A DNA stretch of 64,000 nt from an uncultured Gammaproteobacteria bacterium. Its GTDB lineage: Bacteria > Patescibacteriota > Patescibacteriia > Magasanikbacterales > UBA922. Both the position numbers and the translations under genes were made by a program. Below, piece by piece: positions 19,146 to 29,217 of this stretch. The notes under the pieces are model-generated. The model did not search any database. It was not told the DNA's origin and saw nothing but the letters and a program-made list of their open reading frames with translations. Location of the stretch: contig CAYMVY010000001.1 in assembly GCA_964394405.1 (NCBI GenBank), positions 102,546 to 166,545 of the forward strand, given 5' to 3'. How positions within the stretch are numbered: the stretch's first letter is position 1; every line of letters starts with the position of its first letter.

Positions 19146-21011
19146 CTACTCTACCGTAACACTTTTTGCCAAATTCCGTGGCCGATCTACATCCCGACCT
19201 AGTGCAACCGCAATTTCATAGGCAAAAATCTGGAGCGGGAGTGTATTAATCAACGGTTGCAATAATTCCATGGTCTCAGGAACATAGATCACATCGTCTG
19301 CCAATAATTGTGCAGACTCATCTCCCTCAGTCGCAATCAATAATAGCCGTGCTCCCCGGGCGCGAACCTCTTCTACGTTACTCCGCATTTTTTCATACAA
19401 TTGATCCTTGGTCATAATCGCCAAAACTGGAAAATCTTTTGAAAGAAGCGCGATCGGACCATGCTTCATCTCTCCCCCCGGATACCCTTCACTATGAATA
19501 TATGCGATTTCTTTAAGCTTGAGCGATCCTTCCAGAGCTATAGGGTAATTGATCCCTCGACCAAGGAAATACATATTCTTGTAATCCTTATACTGGAGTG
19601 CAAACTGTTTGATTTTTTCACGTTCATTCAATACTTGGTTCATTTTCCGTGGTACTTCAAGCAACGCTTTAAGTATTCGTTGACCCGTAGCCGGGGTAAG
19701 CCGTTTCAGTCGACCAAACTGAAGCGCGTAGAGAGTAAGTATCGCAACCATATTCGTATATGCTTTGGTCGAAGCAACAGCAAGCTCAGGACCTGCATGG
19801 ATATACGTTCCCCCATCTGTCTCTCTTGCAATAGTTGATCCGACCACATTCACAATTCCACGAACAAACGCACCTTTTCGTTTTGCTTCCCGAAGCGCCG
19901 CAAGCGTGTCTGCTGTTTCTCCAGATTGTGAAATACCAAACACCAATGTTTCATTATCAATAATCGGATCTCGATACCGAAATTCGCTTGCAACATCAAC
20001 CTCCGTCGGAATACCTGCAAGGCGTTCAAAGGCATACTTCCCCACCTGACCTGCATACGAAGCAGTACCACACGCGATAAGGATGATACGCTTGATACTA
20101 CGCATCTCCGCGTCAGTCATATTGAGCCCGCCAAGCTTTGCAGTACCTTCAGTTATATCATACCGTCCACGAATCGCGTCTTCAAAAACCGTTGGCTGAT
20201 CAAAAATCTCTTTAATCATAAAATGTGGATACCCGCTCGTCTGAGCTTCAGCTTCGCTCCACTCAATCGTCGTCACCTCTTTGTCAACATGCGCATGGGT
20301 TCGAGAAAATGTTTCAAATGAATTCGAAGTAATGACTGCGAGTTCCCCATCATCAAGAAAAACCATCTGCGAGGTATAGGGTAATATTGGTGTCGCATCA
20401 CTTGCAACAAAATGTTCTCCCTCACCGACACCGATTACCAGCGGACTACCCATGCGAGCAGCAACAATCATATCCGGATGATCCGCATGAATCGCGACCA
20501 ATCCATAAGTCCCACGTACATGTGTGAGCGCTGTCTCAACAGCCGTGGTGAGATTTCCCGAATAGAATGAACCAATCAAATGGGCTAATACTTCAGTATC
20601 AGTTTCAGATACAAAATCAAAACCTTTTTTTTGAAGTTCATCTTTCAATTCACGATAATTTTCAATAATGCCGTTATGACAAATAGCCAGTTTACCACCC
20701 AAAGAAACATGAGGATGCGCATTTTCTTCAGTCACTCCCCCATGTGTCGCCCATCTCGTGTGTGCAATACCCAAAATGCTGGTTAAATCATAATCCTTTA
20801 CCTTTTGTGCAAGGTTCTCAATTTTACCAACTGAACGAACTCTGGTAATTACAGTATCAGTATTTTCGTTTTGAGTTTTGAGTTTTGAGTTTTGACTTTG
20901 CAGGACTGCAAGTCCTGCACTATCATACCCTCGATATTCGAGACGACGCAGTCCCTGAATAAGGACAGGTAACACTTCCCGCTTTCCAATATACCCGACA
21001 ATACCGCACAT
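19146..21011 (-). CDS. glmS: Glutamine--fructose-6-phosphate aminotransferase
   Basis: MCGIVGYIG N-terminal nucleophile, SIS domains and C-terminal ...KSVTVE. Contains an in-frame repeat-derived insertion (see repeat at 20867-20920). Confidence 0.95.
   Translation of the reverse strand: MCGIVGYIGKREVLPVLIQGLRRLEYRGYDSAGLAVLQSQNSKLKTQNENTDTVITRVRSVGKIENLAQKVKDYDLTSILGIAHTRWATHGGVTEENAHPHVSLGGKLAICHNGIIENYRELKDELQKKGFDFVSETDTEVLAHLIGSFYSGNLTTAVETALTHVRGTYGLVAIHADHPDMIVAARMGSPLVIGVGEGEHFVASDATPILPYTSQMVFLDDGELAVITSNSFETFSRTHAHVDKEVTTIEWSEAEAQTSGYPHFMIKEIFDQPTVFEDAIRGRYDITEGTAKLGGLNMTDAEMRSIKRIILIACGTASYAGQVGKYAFERLAGIPTEVDVASEFRYRDPIIDNETLVFGISQSGETADTLAALREAKRKGAFVRGIVNVVGSTIARETDGGTYIHAGPELAVASTKAYTNMVAILTLYALQFGRLKRLTPATGQRILKALLEVPRKMNQVLNEREKIKQFALQYKDYKNMYFLGRGINYPIALEGSLKLKEIAYIHSEGYPGGEMKHGPIALLSKDFPVLAIMTKDQLYEKMRSNVEEVRARGARLLLIATEGDESAQLLADDVIYVPETMELLQPLINTLPLQIFAYEIAVALGRDVDRPRNLAKSVTVE
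20867..20920. repeat. Tandem gttttga x4 followed by palindrome tgcaggactgcaagtcctgca, embedded in-frame in glmS (encodes ...LQSQNSKLKTQNEN...)
   Basis: Read directly from the sequence. Same motif family as the intergenic repeats at 1002, 30750, 36374 and 59044. Confidence 0.75.
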
Positions 21012-21022
21012 ATCAGAAGATA

Positions 21023-22210
21023 TTAAGAAATAATTCCGTACTTTTTACCCAGTTTTATAAATGCAGAAACCAGGATATCAATCTGCTCTTTCGTATGAAT
21101 CGCAGAAATCTGTACTCGAATCCGGGCTTTCCCCATCGGAACGACCGGATAGCTGAATCCAATTACATAAATCCCCTCATCCATCATGTCACGTGCCATG
21201 TCACTCGCAACTTTACCGTCTCCCAACATGATTGGCACAATCGGGTGTACTGATTCAGAAACCGTAAACCCACCTTGTGTCATTTGTTCGCGGAAGTAGC
21301 GTGTATTCTCCCATAATTTTTCTCGTAATTCAGGATGATTCTCAATATATTCAAGTACAAACATGGTAGTCGATGCAACAACCAGAGGTAATGTGTTGGT
21401 AAAAAGAGTGGTCCGTGCACGCTGATGCAATAATCCAATCACTTCTGTCGATCCAGCAATAACCCCACCATTTGCTCCACCAAGCGCTTTGCCGAACGTA
21501 GTCGTGATGATATCAACCCGATCTAATACTCCGCATGCCTCAACAGCTCCTCGCCCAGTATCACCCATGAATCCAGTAGCATGTGAATCATCGACTACGA
21601 CAAATGCATTATATCTTTCTGCTAGATCACATACTTCCTTGAGTGGTGCAATGTGGCCATCCATACTAAACACCCCATCAGTCACAACACAACGCAATCG
21701 CTTACTTTGTGTTGCCTTGAGCTGTTCCTCAAGATCAACCATATCCATATGCTTGTATACATGTCGCTCAGCTTTACAGAGACGGACACCATCAATAATA
21801 CTTGCATGATTCAGTTCATCAGAAATAATTGCATCTTGATCAGTAAGTAATGTCGCAAATACTGCTTCATTCGCATCCCAGCACGAGGTAAAAACAATCG
21901 CCGATTCTTTGTGTAAAAATTCAGCACATTTTTTTTCCAAATCAATATGCACCTGATGAGTTCCGCAGATAAAGCGGACCGACGACATTCCATATCCGTA
22001 TTTTTCAAGCGCATCTTTCCCTGCATCGACTAATTCTTGACGACCAGCAAGACCAAGATAATTGTTTGCACAAAAATTAATCAGAGTTTTCCCATCAGCT
22101 TCAATCACTGCACCTTGTCGGGTCGTAATTATACGCTGTTTTTTGGTCAGACCATTAGCTACAATCTCATCAAGTATACCTTGTGCAACAGTAGTAAGTA
22201 ACTGATTCAT
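21023..22210 (-). CDS. kbl: Glycine C-acetyltransferase (2-amino-3-ketobutyrate CoA ligase)
   Basis: PLP-dependent aminotransferase class I/II fold; FCANNYLGLAG ... VVVDDSHATGFMGDTGRG. Confidence 0.9.
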   Translation of the reverse strand: MNQLLTTVAQGILDEIVANGLTKKQRIITTRQGAVIEADGKTLINFCANNYLGLAGRQELVDAGKDALEKYGYGMSSVRFICGTHQVHIDLEKKCAEFLHKESAIVFTSCWDANEAVFATLLTDQDAIISDELNHASIIDGVRLCKAERHVYKHMDMVDLEEQLKATQSKRLRCVVTDGVFSMDGHIAPLKEVCDLAERYNAFVVVDDSHATGFMGDTGRGAVEACGVLDRVDIITTTFGKALGGANGGVIAGSTEVIGLLHQRARTTLFTNTLPLVVASTTMFVLEYIENHPELREKLWENTRYFREQMTQGGFTVSESVHPIVPIMLGDGKVASDMARDMMDEGIYVIGFSYPVVPMGKARIRVQISAIHTKEQIDILVSAFIKLGKKYGIIS

Positions 22211-22215
22211 ATAGA

Positions 22216-23400
22216 TTAGTGTTGGATATCAAATAATAATTTCGGGTATTGCTTCATCCGCTCTTCCATGAGCTCAGGTGTATATTCGGAAAATTTGATA
22301 ATAGTACCCGTACCTTCTTTGAGGACAGTTTTCCATATCGCCTCTTGAATACCATTAGTTTTATCAGAAAGTACTCGTTGTGCAATCTGCCAGGTTTTGA
22401 AAATCTGACGACCAATGACATTATGGAGAGTAAAACCTTTGACTACCATACGAGAAAAATGTGGAATCATAAAATCACCGTCTTTAATACCAAAGAGGAT
22501 AATATGACCTCCGTATCGTGTTGCCTCAATGCAATTATTGACCGAAGAATTAAATCCAGCCATTTCAAGACTCACGTCCACTCCTTTTCCATACGTCAAT
22601 TTCTTGATTTGTTCAATAACATCAACATCAATATCGTAACTATTCTTTTTCTGTGCCTTGATGTCGATCAAAATAGTCTCATGTGCACCAAGTTCTTTTG
22701 CAATATTCAAATTATCCTGATTCGTATCAATCGCAATTACTTTTGCGGCGCCAAAATGTCGTGCCAAAAGTACAGCAAACATACCGATCTGTCCGCAACC
22801 AAAAATGGCAACTCGGCTACCACGCATATCGACCTTGGTAAGTGCATGTACTGCATTGCCAAATGGATCATAAATCGCGCAAATTTCCGGGCGCACCCGA
22901 TTAAAATCTACTGCCCATAAATTTTTGACAGGAATTTTTACATATTCGGCAAAAATTCCATCAATACTGATTCCCAAAATTGCCTGATCCTGGCACACCT
23001 CTTCTTCCCCCAGTCGACATTGATAACATTTTCCGCACGTTACATGAGAATCTCCAGAAACCATACTCCCGACTCGAATATCATATGCAGTTGTTTCAAC
23101 GAGTGACCCTACTTCAACCACTTCCCCCACAAATTCATGTCCGAGAACCCGCAAAGTTTTACCTTCTCTCTCAAGAGCTCCTTTAAACATCTCGGTAAAA
23201 GCACTCCTGGTCCAGATTCCCCGATCAGACCCGCACACACCAGCATACTGAACCTTAACAATCACTGATAGTGCGTCACGAACATCTTTTTTTTCATCAA
23301 GTGTTGGCCGATGTATCTGTCTCTTAAAAAATCCTCGAGAATTTTCCCATCCTTCCTGTGCCAAATCGATAGTCAATGCATTGATAGTATTCATAGACAT
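22216..23400 (-). CDS. tdh: L-threonine 3-dehydrogenase-like zinc alcohol dehydrogenase
   Basis: GVCGSDRGIW ... GHEFVGEVVEVG zinc-binding MDR motifs. Lies directly downstream of kbl. Confidence 0.85.
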   Translation of the reverse strand: MSMNTINALTIDLAQEGWENSRGFFKRQIHRPTLDEKKDVRDALSVIVKVQYAGVCGSDRGIWTRSAFTEMFKGALEREGKTLRVLGHEFVGEVVEVGSLVETTAYDIRVGSMVSGDSHVTCGKCYQCRLGEEEVCQDQAILGISIDGIFAEYVKIPVKNLWAVDFNRVRPEICAIYDPFGNAVHALTKVDMRGSRVAIFGCGQIGMFAVLLARHFGAAKVIAIDTNQDNLNIAKELGAHETILIDIKAQKKNSYDIDVDVIEQIKKLTYGKGVDVSLEMAGFNSSVNNCIEATRYGGHIILFGIKDGDFMIPHFSRMVVKGFTLHNVIGRQIFKTWQIAQRVLSDKTNGIQEAIWKTVLKEGTGTIIKFSEYTPELMEERMKQYPKLLFDIQH

Positions 23401-23406
23401 AAAAAA

Positions 23407-24171
23407 TTATAGACTCCGAGCAGTTTGTAAATCATCCGCGGTATTTATCCCAATAGCTTCTTTCGGCTCAATCGAGATGGAGGAAATTTTTTCCCCTTCT
23501 TCAATCCCCATACCGATAAGATCAGTCAGATAGTATTCTTTTTGCGCATTATCACTCCTCAATTTTTTCAAACTTTCCCATAACCACTCTGTATTAAAAC
23601 AAAAGAATGAAGGATTAAGTTCTAAAATTCCTAACTCAGATTCAGTAGCATCCTTTTTTTCGACAATCTTTTCAATATGTCCGTCTACATCGCGACGAAC
23701 CACTCGACCAAAATTATAAAATGGCTGGTACACACCTTTGAAATGCGGAACCATGAAAGTCAAAAGGGTGATTGTATTATCACGCTCCAAATGTCGAGAA
23801 ACCAAACGAGTAATTGATTCAGTAGAAACAAACGGCATATCTCCATACAAGACAACCACATGATCTACACGCCCCTTGAGAAGAGGTTCGGTAACAGACA
23901 CTGCATGCCCAGTGCCTAGTTGTTCGTGCTGAACTACATATTCTGCCCGATCTTTCAGCCAATCCTGCACCATCGTGTGTTTTGGGGACACGACAATCAG
24001 TGGCTTATGTGCCAATCCCAAAGCCTCTGCATGCTCTACTACATGCTCAATCAGCGGCTTGCCATGGAGTTCATGCATAACCTTGGGTAAAGTACTGTTC
24101 ATTCGTTTGCCATCACCGGCAGCCAATATTATCACTCCAACGTTATCCAATTTTTTGTCCGATATACTCAT
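23407..24171 (-). CDS. Sugar-phosphate nucleotidyltransferase (GlmU N-terminal-domain-like)
   Basis: From internal ATG MSISDKKLDNVGVIILAAGDGKRM... (G-x-G-x-R nucleotidyltransferase motif). Confidence 0.7.
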   Translation of the reverse strand: MSISDKKLDNVGVIILAAGDGKRMNSTLPKVMHELHGKPLIEHVVEHAEALGLAHKPLIVVSPKHTMVQDWLKDRAEYVVQHEQLGTGHAVSVTEPLLKGRVDHVVVLYGDMPFVSTESITRLVSRHLERDNTITLLTFMVPHFKGVYQPFYNFGRVVRRDVDGHIEKIVEKKDATESELGILELNPSFFCFNTEWLWESLKKLRSDNAQKEYYLTDLIGMGIEEGEKISSISIEPKEAIGINTADDLQTARSL

Positions 24172-24781
24172 ATATTTCTGTAAGTGTTTTGAAATAGGGT
24201 AATTTACTTTGTATATATTCTTCTTCACTGATTGATTCTGATTGTTTGAGCACCACGTGTAATTTCGAAAATTTATTTTTGATAAGTAGACTCTCACCTA
24301 CCTTATCATTGATAAACCACATTTCATCTTCCTTCTCACCCACATCAATAAGTTCTTGAATAATATGTTCTTTGCTATCAGCAACCATAAACATTCGGTC
24401 AAAATACTCTGAAACTCCCGAGCCTTTTACTTTCAATTCTTGAAAACTTGCATCCCCGAGACTCAGAAGAACCATAGGTAATCCACTTTCCTTGAGTTTA
24501 GAAATAAACTCTACGGTATCAGGAAACAAAAACTCACGCAAACGTTCCCCAGTAGTTTCTTTCAAAGCGGCGAGTACCGTATCTTTTGAATACCCTCGGA
24601 GAGAAAGAAGTTCAGCGTGACGGTCATTGGAATAACTAAACAAATCATTCTTTTTCTGCGCTTCGGCATAGGTCTCGTAATAATCATTCTCGGAAACTCC
24701 AGCCAAAAGAAGTGTTCGAAGACGTGTCTGTTTGAATGCATGGGTATTAAAAATTGTATCATCAAAATCAATAATAAACAT
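24143..24781 (-). CDS. HAD-superfamily hydrolase
   Basis: From internal ATG MFIIDFDDTIF (motif I DxDxT). Confidence 0.65.
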   Translation of the reverse strand: MFIIDFDDTIFNTHAFKQTRLRTLLLAGVSENDYYETYAEAQKKNDLFSYSNDRHAELLSLRGYSKDTVLAALKETTGERLREFLFPDTVEFISKLKESGLPMVLLSLGDASFQELKVKGSGVSEYFDRMFMVADSKEHIIQELIDVGEKEDEMWFINDKVGESLLIKNKFSKLHVVLKQSESISEEEYIQSKLPYFKTLTEIYEYIGQKIG

Positions 24782-24785
24782 ATGT

Positions 24786-25520
24786 CTAAATACTATCCCA
24801 CAAGGTATCAAAAATATGTTTTTGAGTCTGATAGACCCCCTCATTCTGGATCACTACCCCAACAGGCTGATCTTTGGCATCAAGAGAAATAAATGCTGTT
24901 TTTCCTGGATAGATAATAATATACGTAGATAGTCGTTCGCGCGCAGGAAGCCATTTTCGCTGATCGAGCCCACGCAATTCTCCACCATCCCCCAGTGCGA
25001 TGGCTTTCACTGAAATCCCCTTTGCAATACGCACATCACTAAATGTTGGAAATTCTTCATACAAAAATTCACGCACACTCTCCGTTGAATAAATGCGATA
25101 CATTTTTTCCTCACTATACTCACAGGTCAAAAGCACATCCTCAAGAACCGTATTGAGTTCACGCGCAGATACATACTGAGCAACCGGTCGTTCTCCACCC
25201 TTATGATGGAGCGCCATAAATTCTGGTAGACTACGTTCAACCTCTCGTTCAAGACGTTCGGTTTCAAACTTTTTCTCACGAACCAAGGATAGAAGTCGAT
25301 CAGGATGTTCTGCAACAAAATATTGCTTGGTATCTTTATGATAAAAAGTAACCAACCCCTTATCCTCAAGCCATTTGAGCGCATCATAGGTACTACCCCT
25401 GTTTAACCCGCTATGAAGAGCAATAGAACGTACTGAGCTAGGGCCCAAAGACAGCAAAGACTGATAGATCTGTGCTACTTTGTCAGACATTCCTAATTTT
25501 TTAAATATTTCAATATTCAT
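24786..25520 (-). CDS. TrmB-family transcriptional regulator
   Basis: N-terminal wHTH KVAQIYQSLLSLGPSSVRSIALHSGLNRGSTYDALKWLEDKGLV. Confidence 0.75.
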   Translation of the reverse strand: MNIEIFKKLGMSDKVAQIYQSLLSLGPSSVRSIALHSGLNRGSTYDALKWLEDKGLVTFYHKDTKQYFVAEHPDRLLSLVREKKFETERLEREVERSLPEFMALHHKGGERPVAQYVSARELNTVLEDVLLTCEYSEEKMYRIYSTESVREFLYEEFPTFSDVRIAKGISVKAIALGDGGELRGLDQRKWLPARERLSTYIIIYPGKTAFISLDAKDQPVGVVIQNEGVYQTQKHIFDTLWDSI

Positions 25521-25648
25521 AAAGACAATAGATTTAGCATAATTTATTATAAAAAACTTGTCAACTTTCTACCGACAAATATGTGCATATATTGTGAATG
25601 AAAACAAAAAACAGCTTTATTTAGCTGTTTTTACCCTATTCTTAACTG

Positions 25649-26725
25649 TTAAGCAACCGTCACATCCTTACACAAATACACATCCTGAATCGCGTTCAAT
25701 ATCTCAACACCCTCTTTGAGTGGTTTCTCAAATGCTTTGCGACCAAGAATTAACCCCATCCCCCCAGCGCGCTTATTGATCACCGCCATACGTACAGCTT
25801 CTGCCAAATCTGCGGCTCCATTACTCTCTCCGCCAGAATTAATAAGCCCGATTCTACCCATATAACAATTGGCAACTTGATACCGAACAAGATCAATAGG
25901 ATGATCACTTGAGAGTTCAGTATACATTCGCTCATCATACTTGCCATACATACTTTTTCCTTTGTTAAGCGCCTTATACGCGCCATTGAGTGTAGGAAAC
26001 TTCTGTTTGATAATATCAGCCCCAATAGTTGCGCCCAGATAATTGGCCTGGCCAGTCAAATCAGCCGAAGAATGGTAATCTACTTTGCCAACTTTAAATC
26101 CAGGATTTCGCACATAGCACCAGAGGACGGTAAACATTCCTTTTTCATGTGCGAGAGCAAATGCTTCAGACACTTCAGTAATCTGACGCTTTGACTCAGG
26201 AGAACCAAAATAAATTGTCGCTCCTACACCACGCGCACCCATCTCATACGCCTTTTTCACAGTTGTAAACATGGTTTGGTCATAATCATTGGGAAAACGA
26301 AAAAGATCATTGTGATTAAGTTTTACAATAAATGGAATTCGATGCGCGTATTTCTTACTCAGAATTGCAAGTGTCCCGTACGAAGAAGCGACCGCATTAC
26401 ATCCACCCTCAATCGCGAGTGTGACAATGTTTTCGGGATCAAAATAACCAGGATTTGCAGCAAATCTAGCTCCTGCGGTGTGTTCAATGCCCTGATCTAC
26501 AGGCAAAATAGATAGGTATCCTGTTTTTCTCAGTCGTCCACTCGCCCGCAACCTAATAAGATTATGTATTACCCGAGGGTGTCGATCAGAAATAGAAAAA
26601 ATTTTAGGAAAAAAATTCTTTGAAGGAAGAAATAATTTTTCTTTTGGGATTTTTGGGGTGGAAAAATGTAGGATACTTTCAGCCTCACCACCCAATAATT
26701 CCGAAATACGCGTGATATCAAGCAT
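25649..26725 (-). CDS. fbaB: Class I fructose-bisphosphate aldolase (DhnA/FbaB archaeal-type)
   Basis: [28 protein letters not shown] ... VKLNHND ... catalytic Lys region. Start is taken at the internal ATG; the longer ORF reaches 26770. Confidence 0.8.
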   Translation of the reverse strand: MLDITRISELLGGEAESILHFSTPKIPKEKLFLPSKNFFPKIFSISDRHPRVIHNLIRLRASGRLRKTGYLSILPVDQGIEHTAGARFAANPGYFDPENIVTLAIEGGCNAVASSYGTLAILSKKYAHRIPFIVKLNHNDLFRFPNDYDQTMFTTVKKAYEMGARGVGATIYFGSPESKRQITEVSEAFALAHEKGMFTVLWCYVRNPGFKVGKVDYHSSADLTGQANYLGATIGADIIKQKFPTLNGAYKALNKGKSMYGKYDERMYTELSSDHPIDLVRYQVANCYMGRIGLINSGGESNGAADLAEAVRMAVINKRAGGMGLILGRKAFEKPLKEGVEILNAIQDVYLCKDVTVA

Positions 26726-26777
26726 AAAAAATGATAGTACATATATACTATCATTTTTTGAGTCTGACACAAAATAA

Positions 26778-27365
26778 TTATTCTACTTTCTTTACCTGCT
26801 GCATCTTTTCTTTATAATGTTCTTCTATTTCTTTTTTAATTTGAGGCCATTGCGGAATCCATTCCACCCCATTTCCCATAGGCTTTATGTCTCGATCATT
26901 GGTTATTTCTATCCGCATACAAAAACCTGCCTTATTGGAACCAAGATGTAAAAATTGTTTCTGTGCATCCGATAGATTTCTTAAATACTCATCAGAAAAA
27001 TACGGCCACGAGTACTGTCCATCACGTATAGGACGTAGTTCAGTTCCATGCGGAGCTTTAATATACGGTCTACTATGAATATTAAAACGATATACCCCAG
27101 GAGCCCAATTCTTCGTATTAACTTCAAACCAATTAGGAAAACGAGTACTTTGAGAAAGGTTAACAGCCTCAATACCTGATATCCGCCAACCTGCCTGCAT
27201 CTTTTCCAATTCCGCACGCGCCCGATCTCTCAACACTCTTTCATCATCATTATCAGTAGGACTATCTGGAGTAGTCCCAATCCAGAGCTGTGCTTCTGGT
27301 ACACCCAAAAGGTCAGTATGAAGAAGAAATAAATCTTTATCTTGTATCTTAATAAATTCTTCCAT
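26778..27365 (-). CDS. Hypothetical protein (195 aa)
   Basis: Complete ORF with ATG and no recognisable motif. Co-directional and adjacent to the small acidic ORF upstream. Confidence 0.6.
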   Translation of the reverse strand: MEEFIKIQDKDLFLLHTDLLGVPEAQLWIGTTPDSPTDNDDERVLRDRARAELEKMQAGWRISGIEAVNLSQSTRFPNWFEVNTKNWAPGVYRFNIHSRPYIKAPHGTELRPIRDGQYSWPYFSDEYLRNLSDAQKQFLHLGSNKAGFCMRIEITNDRDIKPMGNGVEWIPQWPQIKKEIEEHYKEKMQQVKKVE

Positions 27366-27384
27366 ACCAATACAGAGTGAAAAA

Positions 27385-27651
27385 CTAAATGCCTTCCTCT
27401 ACACGAGCTACTGCGTGCATCCACATTTCTTCAAGTTCGTATTCAAGTTCAAGATCTTCTGAATGATCGGCAAACCACTGTTCAAATGCTACCTTCAACT
27501 CAGGAACATCTGAAGCATTTTCCAGTGCGTCTTCGAGAAGAGCGTACTTTTCTTCATGTGATCTTGCAAGTGTACCTTCAATTTCTTCAAACGTCTCACG
27601 CACGTGATCGAGAATCGCTGTTTTAACCAGATCGTACTGTTCTTGTGACAT
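27385..27651 (-). CDS. Small acidic hypothetical protein (88 aa)
   Basis: Very acidic (E/D-rich) ORF with ATG immediately upstream of 26778-27365. Confidence 0.55.
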   Translation of the reverse strand: MSQEQYDLVKTAILDHVRETFEEIEGTLARSHEEKYALLEDALENASDVPELKVAFEQWFADHSEDLELEYELEEMWMHAVARVEEGI

Positions 27652-27766
27652 AGATATTTTTTAGATGAACAAAGCAGGTCACAATATATCACATTGTCCG
27701 AACTTTGCAAGAGCCTAATAATTGTGGATAATAATTAAAAAAATTAAATAACATATGACAAGTAAT

Positions 27767-27800
27767 AAACAAAATTCCTCCCCCTAGCAGGGGGAGGTGA
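27767..27800. repeat. Palindromic repeat TCCTCCCCCCTAGCAGGGGGAGG-TGAGGTGGGGGTC (family B)
   Basis: Near-identical element at 47344-47386 and a half copy at 44373-44395. Confidence 0.7.
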
Positions 27801-27809
27801 GGTGGGGGT

Positions 27810-28691
27810 CTACCTATCTTGATTCTCCACAATCGTTTGCACATTATAATCCATCATTTCAATATATCCTACCCTCTCCTGAGAACCCTCTGGATCGAGC
27901 GTTGCAATCGTAAGATTAGTATCTTTTGCAAAAGTTTCAAACGAGCTTGGCGAAAGTTGTGGTTCCAGATATAGTGTGCGAACATTGTGTTCGTCAATTC
28001 CCTGCTTCAATTGTATAAGATACTGTGGCGATGGCTCTCGACCTGGAAAAGGTTCAAATGTTGCAACCACCGTAAGACCAAAATGATCAGCAAAATACAT
28101 AAAAGAATCGTGGAACGTAATAATATTTTTATTTCTCACTTGAGCCATCTTCTGTTGCCATTCAAAATCTTTCTTCTTAAGTTCCTCTTTAAACCTCTCT
28201 GCTCGAATGTTGAAATCTACTGCATGCTCTGGGGCACGTAGTGATAATTCTTCTACAATCGTATCGACCATACTAAGAGCATTCGTGGGGTCCATCCAAT
28301 AATGTGGGTCAAAAGAACCGCTGTCATGCTCATCACTATCAGTAGCAGCTCTCAGTTGAATATTTTTATCCATCCCCACAAACACGACAGTATCGACAGG
28401 GTTCTCTAGAAATAAAAACCAATTATCAAGACCATGTCCAATTTCAAAAATAACTGATACCCCCTGCAATTGCTTCATAGTAGAAGCAGTCGGTTCAAAC
28501 GTATGAGGGCTGGCCCCCGGCGGAAGTATAAGAACAGTATCAACATCATCGCCGGCTATAGTTCGGACCAAATCATACAGAGGAGGAATAGTTGCAGCCA
28601 CCTTTAGCTTATCCGGCGTAGCAACTGTGCAACCAGCACCAGTGAGTAACAAGGCGATACTCAAAACTAAAAAAATACGTACCCTACTCAT
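27810..28691 (-). CDS. znuA: Metal (zinc) ABC transporter substrate-binding protein, ZnuA/TroA family
   Basis: Lipoprotein-like signal plus LILPPGASPHTFEPT motif. Confidence 0.85.
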   Translation of the reverse strand: MSRVRIFLVLSIALLLTGAGCTVATPDKLKVAATIPPLYDLVRTIAGDDVDTVLILPPGASPHTFEPTASTMKQLQGVSVIFEIGHGLDNWFLFLENPVDTVVFVGMDKNIQLRAATDSDEHDSGSFDPHYWMDPTNALSMVDTIVEELSLRAPEHAVDFNIRAERFKEELKKKDFEWQQKMAQVRNKNIITFHDSFMYFADHFGLTVVATFEPFPGREPSPQYLIQLKQGIDEHNVRTLYLEPQLSPSSFETFAKDTNLTIATLDPEGSQERVGYIEMMDYNVQTIVENQDR

Positions 28692-28726
28692 ATAATTAAA
28701 AGATTAGATAGTTATCCGACTAAGTC

Positions 28727-28743
28727 ATCATAATGCAAATGAT
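28727..28743. promoter_or_regulatory. Candidate Zur/Fur-type operator (imperfect palindrome ATCATaatgcaaATGAT) in the znuA / zur-znuCB divergent intergenic region
   Basis: AT-rich palindrome between divergent zinc-uptake genes. Confidence 0.3.
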
Positions 28744-28815
28744 TTTCAATTGCAAATAAATTACTGTGGACAAATACTTGATTTATCTCCATATTCTGGT
28801 ATACTGACACATACT

Positions 28816-29217
28816 ATGAAACAAAATTGGCTGCTTACAAAATTGGTAGAAAACGGCTACAAAGCGACAACACCTCGTCGAGTGATCACCGAATATTTGG
28901 CAAAACAGGAAGGATTATTCTGTCCACTCACGATAGCAAAAAAACTTCGAACAATTGATAAGGTCTCGATTTATCGTACGCTTGAATCTCTCAAAGACTT
29001 AGGATTGATCAACCCAGTCATCAATATCGACGGACAACAATTCTACGAAAAAAATGATGAATCAAACCATCACCACCACGTAATCTGCACACGATGCAAA
29101 AAAACCAAATGTATCGACTGTGACCATATTGCATTTCCCAAAGTCCAAGGTTTTTCAGATGTAAAACATTCGATGATTTTAACCGGTCTCTGCACCGTAT
29201 GCAAAAAAAAGAAATGA
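28816..29217 (+). CDS. zur: Fur-family transcriptional regulator (Zur-like)
   Basis: TTPRRVITEYLAKQ ... HHHHVICTRCKKTKCIDC metal-binding motifs. Start is taken at the internal ATG. Confidence 0.8.
   Translation: MKQNWLLTKLVENGYKATTPRRVITEYLAKQEGLFCPLTIAKKLRTIDKVSIYRTLESLKDLGLINPVINIDGQQFYEKNDESNHHHHVICTRCKKTKCIDCDHIAFPKVQGFSDVKHSMILTGLCTVCKKKK

Noticed and set aside
20867-20900. Possible CRISPR array suggested by tandem gttttga repeats (also at 30750 and 36374)
   Set aside because: The units are 7 nt, directly abutting without spacers. The blocks are tiny and one is inside glmS. No cas genes are present.
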